A stretch of DNA of 64,000 nucleotides from an uncultured delta proteobacterium (lineage in GTDB: Bacteria; Desulfobacterota; Binatia; Binatales; Binataceae), in NCBI GenBank assembly GCA_963842085.1, contig CAWJET010000002.1, positions 1,088,001-1,152,000 on the forward strand, read 5' to 3'. Positions within the stretch are counted from its first letter, which is position 1; each line of letters begins with the position of its first letter. The notes below the pieces were generated by a model. The model saw only the letters and a list, made by a program, of their open reading frames with translations. It was not told where the DNA came from and made no database searches. The translations under genes were made by a program, and so were the position numbers. Shown here one piece after another: positions 29,452-38,227 of this stretch.

Positions 29452-30720
29452 GTGGCCAAGCCCAAAAAGAAGACAGTGAAAGCGGCGGCAGAGTCCCGCA
29501 AAGTAGCTCCCAAAGCGGCCGAGGGAAAAAAGGCCGCATCCAAAGGCGTCAAACTCGCGGTCGCCGTCAAGGCTGCGAAGCGCCCGGCGCCGAAGAAAAT
29601 CGCCAGGCAGATAGAACGCAAGGTTGCCGACGTCATGACAGCCGCCGCGCGCGCATCCGTCGATCTCGAGAGCGCGGTCGGACGGATGGAGCGGGCAGCG
29701 GTCCTAAAGGTCGGCGAAGTCGCGGCCAGGGTGACCCGCGCAGTGGTGGAAGCCTTGGCGCATTCGCCGAAGATCCCCAGCTACGACGACTTGCCGGTAC
29801 GCCAGGGCGCGCCGGCGGGCGCCGCGTGGGGCGTGTTCGGCGACGACGACGAAGTCGGCACGATCAATTTGCTGACGCCTGAGCGCGTGCTCGCGGCGGC
29901 GTCGTCGATTCGCTCGGGCAAGGTATTCGCGCTGAATTTGCCCATCAACATCCCCGACCCGCCGCTCTTCACGCGCGGCAAGCATACCCACACGGTTAAG
30001 ATTTTCCCGACCGCGGAATTCGTGCTCGACGACTACCTGGACAACTTCTACCCACAAGCGTCGTCGCAATGGGACGCGCTCGCGCACGTGAAGCATCCGA
30101 TGTACGGGGCGTACAACGGGATTCCCGACAAGGAGATTACCGGGCGCGGCGGGATGCGCCTTGGGATCGACAACCTCGCTCGGCGCGGAATCGCGGGACG
30201 CGGAGTGCTCGCCGACGTGGCGCGGTACTACGAGCGCGTCGGCAAGTCGATCGATTTCACCAAGGCCGAATCGATCCCGCTCGCTGACGTGCAGGCCACG
30301 CTCGAAGATGAGGACGTCGCGTTGCGGGCCGGCGACATCCTGCTGATTCGGATCGGATGGACCAAGTTCTACCTGTCAGCGAGCGAGGAGATTAAGGCGG
30401 AGCTGGCGAAAGAGACCGTCGTGCCCGGGATCGAAGGCAGCGAGCGCACGGCGCGATGGCTATGGGACAATCACCTGGCGGCAGTCGCGTCGGATTCGCC
30501 GGCGCTCGAGGCGTTGCCGAAACCTGCGGGCGAGGAGATGGAGTTTCTGCATTTCCACATGCTGGCGTTCTTCGGAATGCCGATCGGCGAGATGTGGAAT
30601 CTCGAAGGGCTGGCGGAGGATTGCGCCGCCGACGGGCGCTACGACTTCTTCCTCACGTCGGCGCCGCTCAACGTGCCGGGCGGAGTCGGCTCGCCGCCCA
30701 ACGCACTGGCGATCAAGTAG
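29452..30720 (+). CDS. Cyclase family (kynurenine formamidase-like) protein with Lys/Ala-rich N-extension
   Basis: WGVFGDDDEVGTINLL, SSQWDALAH, GDILLIRIGW, GVGSPPNALA; GTG start after AGGAGG. Confidence 0.88.
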   Translation: MAKPKKKTVKAAAESRKVAPKAAEGKKAASKGVKLAVAVKAAKRPAPKKIARQIERKVADVMTAAARASVDLESAVGRMERAAVLKVGEVAARVTRAVVEALAHSPKIPSYDDLPVRQGAPAGAAWGVFGDDDEVGTINLLTPERVLAAASSIRSGKVFALNLPINIPDPPLFTRGKHTHTVKIFPTAEFVLDDYLDNFYPQASSQWDALAHVKHPMYGAYNGIPDKEITGRGGMRLGIDNLARRGIAGRGVLADVARYYERVGKSIDFTKAESIPLADVQATLEDEDVALRAGDILLIRIGWTKFYLSASEEIKAELAKETVVPGIEGSERTARWLWDNHLAAVASDSPALEALPKPAGEEMEFLHFHMLAFFGMPIGEMWNLEGLAEDCAADGRYDFFLTSAPLNVPGGVGSPPNALAIK

Positions 30721-30744
30721 CAGGGGTGACCCCTGCACCCAGTG
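30720..30744 (+). repeat. 25-bp palindromic repeat family A, copy 2
   Basis: Identical to the copy at 21786. Confidence 0.85.
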
Positions 30745-30856
30745 TTAAGGCCGCGCTCCGTTGTCGCGCGCGGCCACTACCCCAGGCGTGGGTGTCCTGG
30801 CCTGCGTCCGCAGAGGCGCCGCGTCTCCGCGATCCATAACCTCCGGAAAAAGATCC

Positions 30857-30896
30857 GGGGTCCCTCGACTTCGGCAGCCCTTCGCTCGGGATGACA
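30857..30896. repeat. TGTCAT-type REP-like element
   Basis: ggggtccctcgacttcgg...ttcgctcgggatgaca, related to copies at 8752, 39468 and 54641. Confidence 0.6.
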
Positions 30897-30913
30897 CAAA
30901 AAAAGAGCGCGGC

Positions 30914-30973
30914 ACCCTCACCTACCGACCGCTAGGCGGCCAGCCTCCTCTCCCGTGAAGTAACGGGCGAGGT
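30914..30973 (+). repeat. About 60-bp REP-like repeat family B, copy 1
   Basis: ACCCTCAC...GACCGC..GCGG...CCTCTCCCGT..AGTAACGGGCGAGGT; also at 42839 and 50558. Confidence 0.8.
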
Positions 30974-31060
30974 AATCTCCAGCTTCCCCTTGCCCTTCTA
31001 ACAGGGCCCTACGACTTCGCTCAGGTAAACTCCGCCCTCATCTTTCTTCTTTTCACTTTT

Positions 31061-31085
31061 CACCGAGTGCAGGGGTCACCCCTGC
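31061..31085 (-). repeat. 25-bp palindromic repeat family A, copy 3
   Basis: Reverse complement GCAGGGGTGACCCCTGCACTCGGTG directly after the DUF1329 stop. Confidence 0.85.
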
Positions 31086-32384
31086 TCAGTGCCCAGCCTT
31101 GGTCAGCGCTTCGGTCGTGAAGAAACTCTTGTCCACCGCGCCCATGTTGATGTACCAGCATTCGCGCTCCGGCGTGTCGGGTCCGGGCAGGTAGCAGGTC
31201 GTCGAGATGCCGGATTGTACGTCGATGCTCGAGGCCGCGGTGATGAATTCGCGCTTGAACGGATAGACTGCGACCTTGGCGTCGGGCACCGGGCGATCGC
31301 GATAGGTGTTAAGATAGATTTGCGTCTTCCACAACTCGCCCTTCCGATCGTAGCTGTCCACGTACGGATTGAACCATCCCTCGCCGTCAACGTAGACGAT
31401 CGTCTTCGACTGCAGCACACCCTGGATTCTTTCCGGACGCGGCGTGACTTCGACCACGTAGAGGTGGCGCATCTCCCAATCGTCGGGGCATGAAGTCGCG
31501 CCGCCGTCGGTCTTGCAGGGTTGCGCGGGGGCATTCTGCGCGTGTGCGCATCCGAGCATGTTTTTATCGCCAAGGTACTTGAAGTTGTATTCCTGCGGCT
31601 TGGCGCCGAACCCGCCGGCGTGATCGGCGTCCCAGGTCGAAAGTCCCGGCGAGGAGCTCATGATCACTTCGCTCACGCGGCGCACGCGCCGCTCTGCGGA
31701 CAGGTACGTCCACGCGTCGTCGCCGTGGTTCGCATCCCAGTAGCGATAGCGGATGGCGCCGCTGCCGCGATCCTCGGCGGGCGCAAGCGTGGGATATGCC
31801 GCGGCGCGTGTCCAGATGCCGGTGATCCTGAAATCCGGATCGGCCGGCAACGGTTCGACCTCGGTGCGTCCGATATCGGAATAACCCGCCAGGTGCCCAA
31901 GCTCGGTCAGCTGCATCAGCGATTGTTCCGCGCCGGGATTTTCCTTCGCCACCTGGCATTCGAAGAAGCGCAAATCGAAGTCGTCGGTCGCGATCGGCTT
32001 GAAGTACTGGTTCCACATGATCTTGGTCGCGACGTCGGGATCGTTGGGATCGAGCAGCGGGAACGGCTGGCCGGCGACGTAGCCGAGCAGGTCGCGATGG
32101 TCCGCGCCGAGGCGCACCTGGCCCGAATATTTTTCGGTCGCATCCTGGTACGGCGGCGGCCAATCGACGCGGCTCGAGGCGACGATGTTCATCTGCATCC
32201 CCCTGGAGACCGCGATGAACGCGCCCGGACTCAGGAGCGAGCGGACCTGCTCCGCGTTCTTCACCGTGATCACGTCGCCGGGTTTGACCTGGGCACGAGC
32301 CGGAGCGAAGACCAATGTCAGCGCGGAAAAAACTGCGATGACGGACAGCGACACCGGGAAGCGGCGTCCGTTCGGTTTTTTCAT
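31086..32384 (-). CDS. DUF1329 domain exported protein
   Basis: Signal peptide; GQPFP..DP, DDAWTY...RRVRR, YDRKGELWK. Confidence 0.85.
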   Translation of the reverse strand: MKKPNGRRFPVSLSVIAVFSALTLVFAPARAQVKPGDVITVKNAEQVRSLLSPGAFIAVSRGMQMNIVASSRVDWPPPYQDATEKYSGQVRLGADHRDLLGYVAGQPFPLLDPNDPDVATKIMWNQYFKPIATDDFDLRFFECQVAKENPGAEQSLMQLTELGHLAGYSDIGRTEVEPLPADPDFRITGIWTRAAAYPTLAPAEDRGSGAIRYRYWDANHGDDAWTYLSAERRVRRVSEVIMSSSPGLSTWDADHAGGFGAKPQEYNFKYLGDKNMLGCAHAQNAPAQPCKTDGGATSCPDDWEMRHLYVVEVTPRPERIQGVLQSKTIVYVDGEGWFNPYVDSYDRKGELWKTQIYLNTYRDRPVPDAKVAVYPFKREFITAASSIDVQSGISTTCYLPGPDTPERECWYINMGAVDKSFFTTEALTKAGH

Positions 32385-32395
32385 ATTTTAAAGTA

Positions 32396-33055
32396 TCACT
32401 TTAACTCGACGGCGACCTGCCGGTAGCGTTCTGTTCCGAGATTGACGAACCAGCGATGCGTACCTTTGGGAAACCATAGCACCCGGCCCGCCGGAATCGA
32501 TTCCTCGTGCGAGCGTTCGTCGCTGTCGCCGGCGCGCTCGACGATCCTTACCGGTCCGCCTTCGGCGACGTACACCGCCGTGTCGTGCGACCATCGGCGC
32601 ACACCGCTTTGTCCGCCCGGCGCGAGCGTGGTTTCGGAAACGCGGACGCGCGCGTTGTCGAGAATCGTAATCGTGCCGGGCTCCGGCTCCTTGCCCGCGA
32701 CCGCCTCGCATCCGACGAATCCCAGCTTTTCGCGGCCTGGTTTTGCCGGCCGCTTGAGCTCGAACAGCGCCTCGAAAAATCGCGTGTCGCCCATGTTGTG
32801 CGCGCTCTCGATTCCTCCCGCGGGAACAAAGTACGTCGCGCGCGCCTTGACCGGAAACGGCACCATCTTGTGGCCGCCGGGCGACTGCGCGCCCACGTTC
32901 GCGCCCGACAGAATGAACAACACGTAGTCCATGGTATGATGATGCAGTCCGCAGACCGCACCGGGCGCCAGATCCATCTCCCACACACGCACGTCGTCGT
33001 TGTCGAAAATCATCCGCGTCGCGACCGGACCGTATTCATTCGCCTGCTTGCTCAT
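32396..33055 (-). CDS. Tandem cupin-domain protein
   Basis: Two repeats of DN..VRV.E..LAPG; HHH metal motif only in domain 1; start MSKQAN after GGAGG. Confidence 0.8.
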   Translation of the reverse strand: MSKQANEYGPVATRMIFDNDDVRVWEMDLAPGAVCGLHHHTMDYVLFILSGANVGAQSPGGHKMVPFPVKARATYFVPAGGIESAHNMGDTRFFEALFELKRPAKPGREKLGFVGCEAVAGKEPEPGTITILDNARVRVSETTLAPGGQSGVRRWSHDTAVYVAEGGPVRIVERAGDSDERSHEESIPAGRVLWFPKGTHRWFVNLGTERYRQVAVELK

Positions 33056-33077
33056 CGCTGTCGGTCCTCCTCGAATT

Positions 33078-33275
33078 TCATTCCTGCTCGAAGCATCCGC
33101 GGTCCGCGCCGCACTCTTGCGCATCGACGGGCCGCCCGTCAGGCCCCACCGGCCGCTGCGTCTTGAGGCAGGTGTAGCACGCCGTCGAGTCGTCGGGCTT
33201 GAAGATGCGCTCGCCGTCGGGCGTGCGGTAGTACGCGGTCTTGGTGCGCAGGAGCGCGCAGAATGGCGAGGCCAT
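33078..33275 (-). CDS. Small Cys-rich protein coupled to the molybdoenzyme operon
   Basis: 65 aa, 5 Cys; ATG 1 nt after the FAD-subunit stop; GGAGG RBS. Confidence 0.75.
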   Translation of the reverse strand: MASPFCALLRTKTAYYRTPDGERIFKPDDSTACYTCLKTQRPVGPDGRPVDAQECGADRGCFEQE

Positions 33276-33276
33276 C

Positions 33277-34269
33277 TTATGCAGCCTCCAGGGCGGCCGC
33301 GCTCATGATCGCGCGGCGCACGATCACCTTCGCAATCACCACCTTGTACGCGTTGTCGGACATCGGCTGCGCATCCTTCAGCGCGGCTTCGGCCGCGGCG
33401 CGCGCGCGCGACTCGTCGAGCGGCCCGCCCTTGAGCGCCGCTTCCGACTCGGGTGATCGCCACGGGATAGGCGCCACCGCGCCCATGACAACGCGCGCAT
33501 CGCGGACAGTCCTGGCGCCGGGCACGCGCTCGAGCGCAATCGCGACGCTGACCAGCGGCCAATCGAAGCTCTGCTTCTCGCGCGCCTCCAGATAATGGCT
33601 GCGCACGCCCGCGGACGGCGCAGGCACGATCACTTCGGTGATTATTTCGCCGGGTTTGAGCGAATTTTCGCGCTTTGGATCGACTGTCGGAAGCGTGAAA
33701 AATTTCTCGAGCTCAACGGTGCGCTCGCCGCCTGGGCCAACGATGGTCGCGCTCGCGCGCATCGCGATCAGCGCGGGCGCAAGATTCGACGGATGCACGA
33801 TGAACGACGGACCGCCGCCCAGGATAGCGTGATAACGATTTAGCCCGCCGATCGAGTAGCAGGTGTCACCGCCCTTCTTCAGACAATTCGCGTCAGGATT
33901 GCGAAAGTACCAGCAGCGCGGGCGCTGCAGGATATTGCCGCCGACGGTGCCGAGATTGCGAATCTGCGGCGTCGCCGCCTCGCCCGCGGCCTCGGCAATC
34001 GCGGTGAACTTTGCGCGGATCGCGGGATGCTCGGCGACTTCGCTCAGCTTCGCCGTCGCGCCGAGGCGAAGATCGCCGGACGGGCGCACCTCTATTCCGC
34101 CGAGTTCCTTCAGGCCCTTGAGATTCACCAGCGCGGTCGGAGATACGATGCTCTGCTTCGACAGATCGACGACATCGACACCGCCCGCCAATGCGACGTG
34201 GCCGTCTTCCGCCAGCAGCCGCGAGGCGCTCGCGAGGTCGGCCGGCGTGATCACTTCGAATCGGTTCAT
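33277..34269 (-). CDS. Xanthine dehydrogenase-family FAD-binding subunit (YagS/PaoB-like)
   Basis: AGGVD, ATPQIRNLGTVGGNILQRPRCWYFR, HPS, GAVAPIPWR. Confidence 0.92.
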   Translation of the reverse strand: MNRFEVITPADLASASRLLAEDGHVALAGGVDVVDLSKQSIVSPTALVNLKGLKELGGIEVRPSGDLRLGATAKLSEVAEHPAIRAKFTAIAEAAGEAATPQIRNLGTVGGNILQRPRCWYFRNPDANCLKKGGDTCYSIGGLNRYHAILGGGPSFIVHPSNLAPALIAMRASATIVGPGGERTVELEKFFTLPTVDPKRENSLKPGEIITEVIVPAPSAGVRSHYLEAREKQSFDWPLVSVAIALERVPGARTVRDARVVMGAVAPIPWRSPESEAALKGGPLDESRARAAAEAALKDAQPMSDNAYKVVIAKVIVRRAIMSAAALEAA

Positions 34270-34285
34270 CGCAATTCCAAATCGT

Positions 34286-36493
34286 TCACGCGGGTCCCAG
34301 CGCCGCCAGCACGCGATCGGGCGTCATCGGCAGCGAGCGCACCGGCACGCCGATCGCGTCGTACACCGCGCAGGCGACCGCGGCCGTGCTCGCGACGTGC
34401 GCCACCTCGCCGAGGCCCATCACGCCGGTGTTGGTGATGCCGTTGGCGACTTCGAAAAACGTCACATCGATCTGCGGCACGTCGAGCGCGCCGAGCAGCT
34501 TGTAGTCGTCCATCGTCGGATTCACCATGATGCCGAGCTGCGGGTCCATCCGGCGATCCTCGAACAGCGCGTAGCCGATTCCCATCAGGACGCCGCCGTT
34601 GACCTGGCTGCGCGCCGTCAGCGGATCGATGATGCGTCCCGCATCGTGGACCGCGACCACGTGCGTCACGCGCACGATTCCGGTTTCGGTGTCGACTTCG
34701 ACTTCGGCGAACTGGCATCCCGCCTGGTCGGTGCGAAAGCCGCCGTAGTTGGGCACGCGCTCGCCCTGCGCGGAAATCGAATCGCCGGGAATTCGCTTGC
34801 ACACGTCAGTGAACGAAATGGCGCGCGAGGGATTGGTGCGCACGCGAATCGTTTCGCCCGCGGCTTCAAGGTCGCCCGGCTCAGCGCCGAGGATCGGCGC
34901 CGCGAGCCGAAACAGCTTGTCCTTGAGATGCGCCGCAGCCTGGCGCACGGCGGGCGTGTTCGACGGCGCGCTAAGGCTGCCGCCGCTCGGCACTGAGAAA
35001 AGAAAGCGCGTATCGCCGATTTCGGATTTCACACGATCGACCGGCAGGCCGAGCTCTTCGGCCGCGATAATCGCGAGAATCGAGCGCGTGCCGGTGCCGA
35101 TATCCTGGGTGCCGACGCGGACCTCAACCGTGCCGTCGCGATGCGCGATCGCTTGCGCTTCGGGGCCTGATACTCCGACCGCATGCCACTCGGCCGACGC
35201 GACGCCGACCCCGCGCTTGACGGGACCAATGGATTTTGGCGACGAATTTTTTTCAACCCATCCGAACGCGCGCGCGCCAATATCGTATTCGGCGGCGCGG
35301 ACCGGGTTGTCGCTGTTGCGCCGGCGGAACTCGAGCCGGTCGATTCCCGCCTTGCGCGCCATCTCGTCCATCGCGAGTTCCAGCGCGAAGCATCCTTGCG
35401 GCCATCCGGGCGCGCGCATCGGCGACGACGGACCCGCGTTCGTATAGATGTTGCGCTCCTGGGTGCGGATATTCGCGCATCGATAGATTGACCTGAACGG
35501 GCCCGCGCTGCCCGCGCCGCCGCCGATCCCCCCGCTTCCGCGTGTCACCAGATCGATCGCGGTCAACCTGCCGTCGCGATCGACGCCCAGCTTGACCTTC
35601 TGCACCGAGTTCGGACGGTTACCCGTCGAACGATGCTCGTCGCCGCGCGGGAGCATCACCTTCACCGGCACTCCGGCAGCCTTGGCCAGCCGCGCGGCAG
35701 CGATTATTTCAGGGGTCGCACCGAATTTCGATCCGAAGCCGCCGCCAAGATATTCGCAGACCACGCGCACGCTGTCGGGCGGCAGGCTGAAGTATACGGC
35801 CAGGTCGTCGCGCACCGAAAAAATGCCCTGGGTCGAGCACCAGACCGTGAGCTGGTCTCCCGCCGCGTTGAAGCTCGCGACCGCGCCATGCGTCTCGAGA
35901 CAGACATGAGTCTGCACGGCCGTCGTGTAGGTGGCCTCGATCGTGTTTGCTGCGACCTCGAGTCCGCGCGGCACATCGCCGACGCTCGAGCTCGAAATCC
36001 TGCCGACGTTGGATCTGCTGCCGAAAACGCGCGGCGCCGAATCCGCCATCGCGGCGTCCATATCGACCACGAACGGCAGCGTTTCGTAATCGACTTTGAT
36101 CAACTTGAGGGCGTCGGCCGCGATATCTGAACTGAGCGCTGCGACCGCGGCGACTTCCTGGCCGGCGAAGCGGATTTCGCGATTGTCAAGCGCAAGCGCC
36201 GCGCGCACGCCGGCAAGATGCTGAGCGGCGGACAGATCGATGTTGCGAATCCGCGCGTGCGGCCACGGACTGCGCAGGATCGCGCCGAAAAGCATCCCGG
36301 GCAATTCGATATCGTAGGTGTAACGCGCTGCGCCGGTCGCTTTCAGCGGTCCGTCCACGCGCGGCGCGGGCTTGCCGACCACTGACAGGCGATCGCCCCA
36401 ATCCCACGGAGTCGGCTCGTCGTCGGGAATTACGACCGTGACGTCGCGCGTGTTGCCCTGGAAGCCGAGGTTGAGCGTGACGCGCCGCGACAT
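34286..36493 (-). CDS. Xanthine dehydrogenase-family molybdopterin-binding subunit (YagR/PaoC-like)
   Basis: RVDGPLKATG, LGGGFGSK, MRAPG, QDIGTG, GLGE; start MSRRVT at 36493. Confidence 0.93.
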   Translation of the reverse strand: MSRRVTLNLGFQGNTRDVTVVIPDDEPTPWDWGDRLSVVGKPAPRVDGPLKATGAARYTYDIELPGMLFGAILRSPWPHARIRNIDLSAAQHLAGVRAALALDNREIRFAGQEVAAVAALSSDIAADALKLIKVDYETLPFVVDMDAAMADSAPRVFGSRSNVGRISSSSVGDVPRGLEVAANTIEATYTTAVQTHVCLETHGAVASFNAAGDQLTVWCSTQGIFSVRDDLAVYFSLPPDSVRVVCEYLGGGFGSKFGATPEIIAAARLAKAAGVPVKVMLPRGDEHRSTGNRPNSVQKVKLGVDRDGRLTAIDLVTRGSGGIGGGAGSAGPFRSIYRCANIRTQERNIYTNAGPSSPMRAPGWPQGCFALELAMDEMARKAGIDRLEFRRRNSDNPVRAAEYDIGARAFGWVEKNSSPKSIGPVKRGVGVASAEWHAVGVSGPEAQAIAHRDGTVEVRVGTQDIGTGTRSILAIIAAEELGLPVDRVKSEIGDTRFLFSVPSGGSLSAPSNTPAVRQAAAHLKDKLFRLAAPILGAEPGDLEAAGETIRVRTNPSRAISFTDVCKRIPGDSISAQGERVPNYGGFRTDQAGCQFAEVEVDTETGIVRVTHVVAVHDAGRIIDPLTARSQVNGGVLMGIGYALFEDRRMDPQLGIMVNPTMDDYKLLGALDVPQIDVTFFEVANGITNTGVMGLGEVAHVASTAAVACAVYDAIGVPVRSLPMTPDRVLAALGPA

Positions 36494-37152
36494 CAGTCGT
36501 CCCTCGCGACGCGAAAGGGAGGTCCGCCCGGCTTTGCAGCTTTCAGAGCGGCCGCGAAGACGTGCGGGTAAGTGCCGCATCGGCAGATATTTCCTGCGGT
36601 CGCGTGCTTGATTTCTTCAGTCGTCGCAGCGGGATTGCGCTGGAGCGCGGCCGCCACCGACATCACCATCCCGGGCGTGCAGAACCCGCATTGCTGCGCG
36701 TCGCTCTCGACGAACGCAGCCTGCACCGGATGCATATTCGACGGCGCGCCGAGACCTTCGATAGTCGTGATTCGGTGACCGCGCGCGTCGATCGCCAGCA
36801 CCATGCACGAGGTTACGGGTTTGCCGTCGAGATGCACGGTGCATGCGCCGCACGCGCCGCGATCGCAGGCCAGCTTGGCGCCAGTGAGCCCAAGATGCTC
36901 GCGCAGCGCACTCAGCAGCGTGACGCGCGGCTCGATCTCGAGCGTCGCGGGCTTGCCGTTGATGTTAAGTTCGATGGTCGCGGCTCCAGGCCCGAACTGT
37001 TCGGCGACGCCGGCGGGCAGCGTCTTTTGATCGGCGGCTGCCGGCCGAACGCGCACCAGTCCTGCGGCGGCAGCAACCGCACCGGCGCCCTTGATGAAAG
37101 AGCGGCGGCTGATGGCGTGCGGCTTGCGGGGCTTGCGATCGTCGCGATTCAT
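36493..37152 (-). CDS. Tat-exported 2Fe-2S subunit (YagT/PaoA-like)
   Basis: SRRSFIK Tat motif; CDRGACGACT, QCGFCTPG, CRCGTY. Confidence 0.93.
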   Translation of the reverse strand: MNRDDRKPRKPHAISRRSFIKGAGAVAAAAGLVRVRPAAADQKTLPAGVAEQFGPGAATIELNINGKPATLEIEPRVTLLSALREHLGLTGAKLACDRGACGACTVHLDGKPVTSCMVLAIDARGHRITTIEGLGAPSNMHPVQAAFVESDAQQCGFCTPGMVMSVAAALQRNPAATTEEIKHATAGNICRCGTYPHVFAAALKAAKPGGPPFRVARDD

Positions 37153-37703
37153 TTGGAGGTTGCGTCAGCGGTGTCGCCAGCAGGCACGGCGGTCATGAAG
37201 ATAGCAATCGCCACACCGAATAGGATCATGCCGACTGGAAGCGCGAACGCCGCGATTTTGATCGAGTAAACGCCCGCCGTCAGAAGCTTGTCAAGGAACA
37301 TTCCGGTGTCGTAGCGGAAGCGGTCGATGAGCCATTCGTGGGCGGGTGCGCCGCTGGTGAATCTGAAACGGGCAACTTCGGCGCCGACGCGCCCGACGAT
37401 CGGCAGCACCAGGGCGCTGACAATCACCGCGGCCATCATTGAGCGGTACCGCAGCTCCGCGCCATGCACCAGCCGCGCGCCGAGGCGAATTCCGATCAAC
37501 ATTCCGACGGCCGCCGCGGCGCACTCGACAATTGCGAACTCGTTGGAATTCCACCAGGCGCCAAACGATGGATTGAAGTAGCGCACGGCAATATGCGCGC
37601 CCGACCCGTAGCTGAGTGTGGAGATGACGCCGAGCAAGATTGCGAGCGCCGTGAGCCGTTGCATCCAGCCCGGGGTTCGGCCTGGCTTTTTCTTTCGTGG
37701 CAT
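37149..37703 (-). CDS. Hypothetical integral membrane protein
   Basis: About 4 TM helices; stop overlaps next start (ATGA); start uncertain (37703 or 37775). Confidence 0.65.
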   Translation of the reverse strand: MPRKKKPGRTPGWMQRLTALAILLGVISTLSYGSGAHIAVRYFNPSFGAWWNSNEFAIVECAAAAVGMLIGIRLGARLVHGAELRYRSMMAAVIVSALVLPIVGRVGAEVARFRFTSGAPAHEWLIDRFRYDTGMFLDKLLTAGVYSIKIAAFALPVGMILFGVAIAIFMTAVPAGDTADATSK

Positions 37704-37713
37704 CCGGGAACCT

Positions 37714-38199
37714 TCAGGGAATCGACGCGATAATCGCGCCGGTGCCGCGCGAGAGTCCGAGCGAGAGATAGACAATCAACAATACGATCAAGCCTACCGT
37801 CAGCCCGACGCGGCGAAAGCGCGCCTGCAGGTCTGCAACTTCCGGACTCGGACCGGCAGCCGAGGTCCGCCAGATTTGAACGCCGAGGTTTCCATACTGA
37901 TAGAGCGCGAGGCCGATAACGACCACCACGAGAATCAACTTGATCGCGAGCACAATCGAAACGCCGCCAATGAAGAGCACGTTGAAGATGCCGGTTACAA
38001 CCAGCACCGCGAGCGAGCTAAGCACGATCGCGCCGAGGCGGCGGACGATCCGTCGGGCGACGCGCAGCCGCGCGGGCGGGTCGAGTTCCGCCGCCAGAAC
38101 GGGAGCGAGCGCGAAAGTGCTGAACAGCGAGCCGCCGAGCGCAACGATCACTGCGACGACATGCACGAACAGCACGGCGAAGCGCAGAGTAAGCATCAA
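37714..38199 (-). CDS. Four-helix membrane protein (CopD/DUF4149-like)
   Basis: FVHVVAVIVALGGSLF, LVVTG, IKLILV pattern. Confidence 0.7.
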   Translation of the reverse strand: MMLTLRFAVLFVHVVAVIVALGGSLFSTFALAPVLAAELDPPARLRVARRIVRRLGAIVLSSLAVLVVTGIFNVLFIGGVSIVLAIKLILVVVVIGLALYQYGNLGVQIWRTSAAGPSPEVADLQARFRRVGLTVGLIVLLIVYLSLGLSRGTGAIIASIP

Positions 38200-38227
38200 G
38201 CAATGAATACTACAGATCGCGGCGGCC

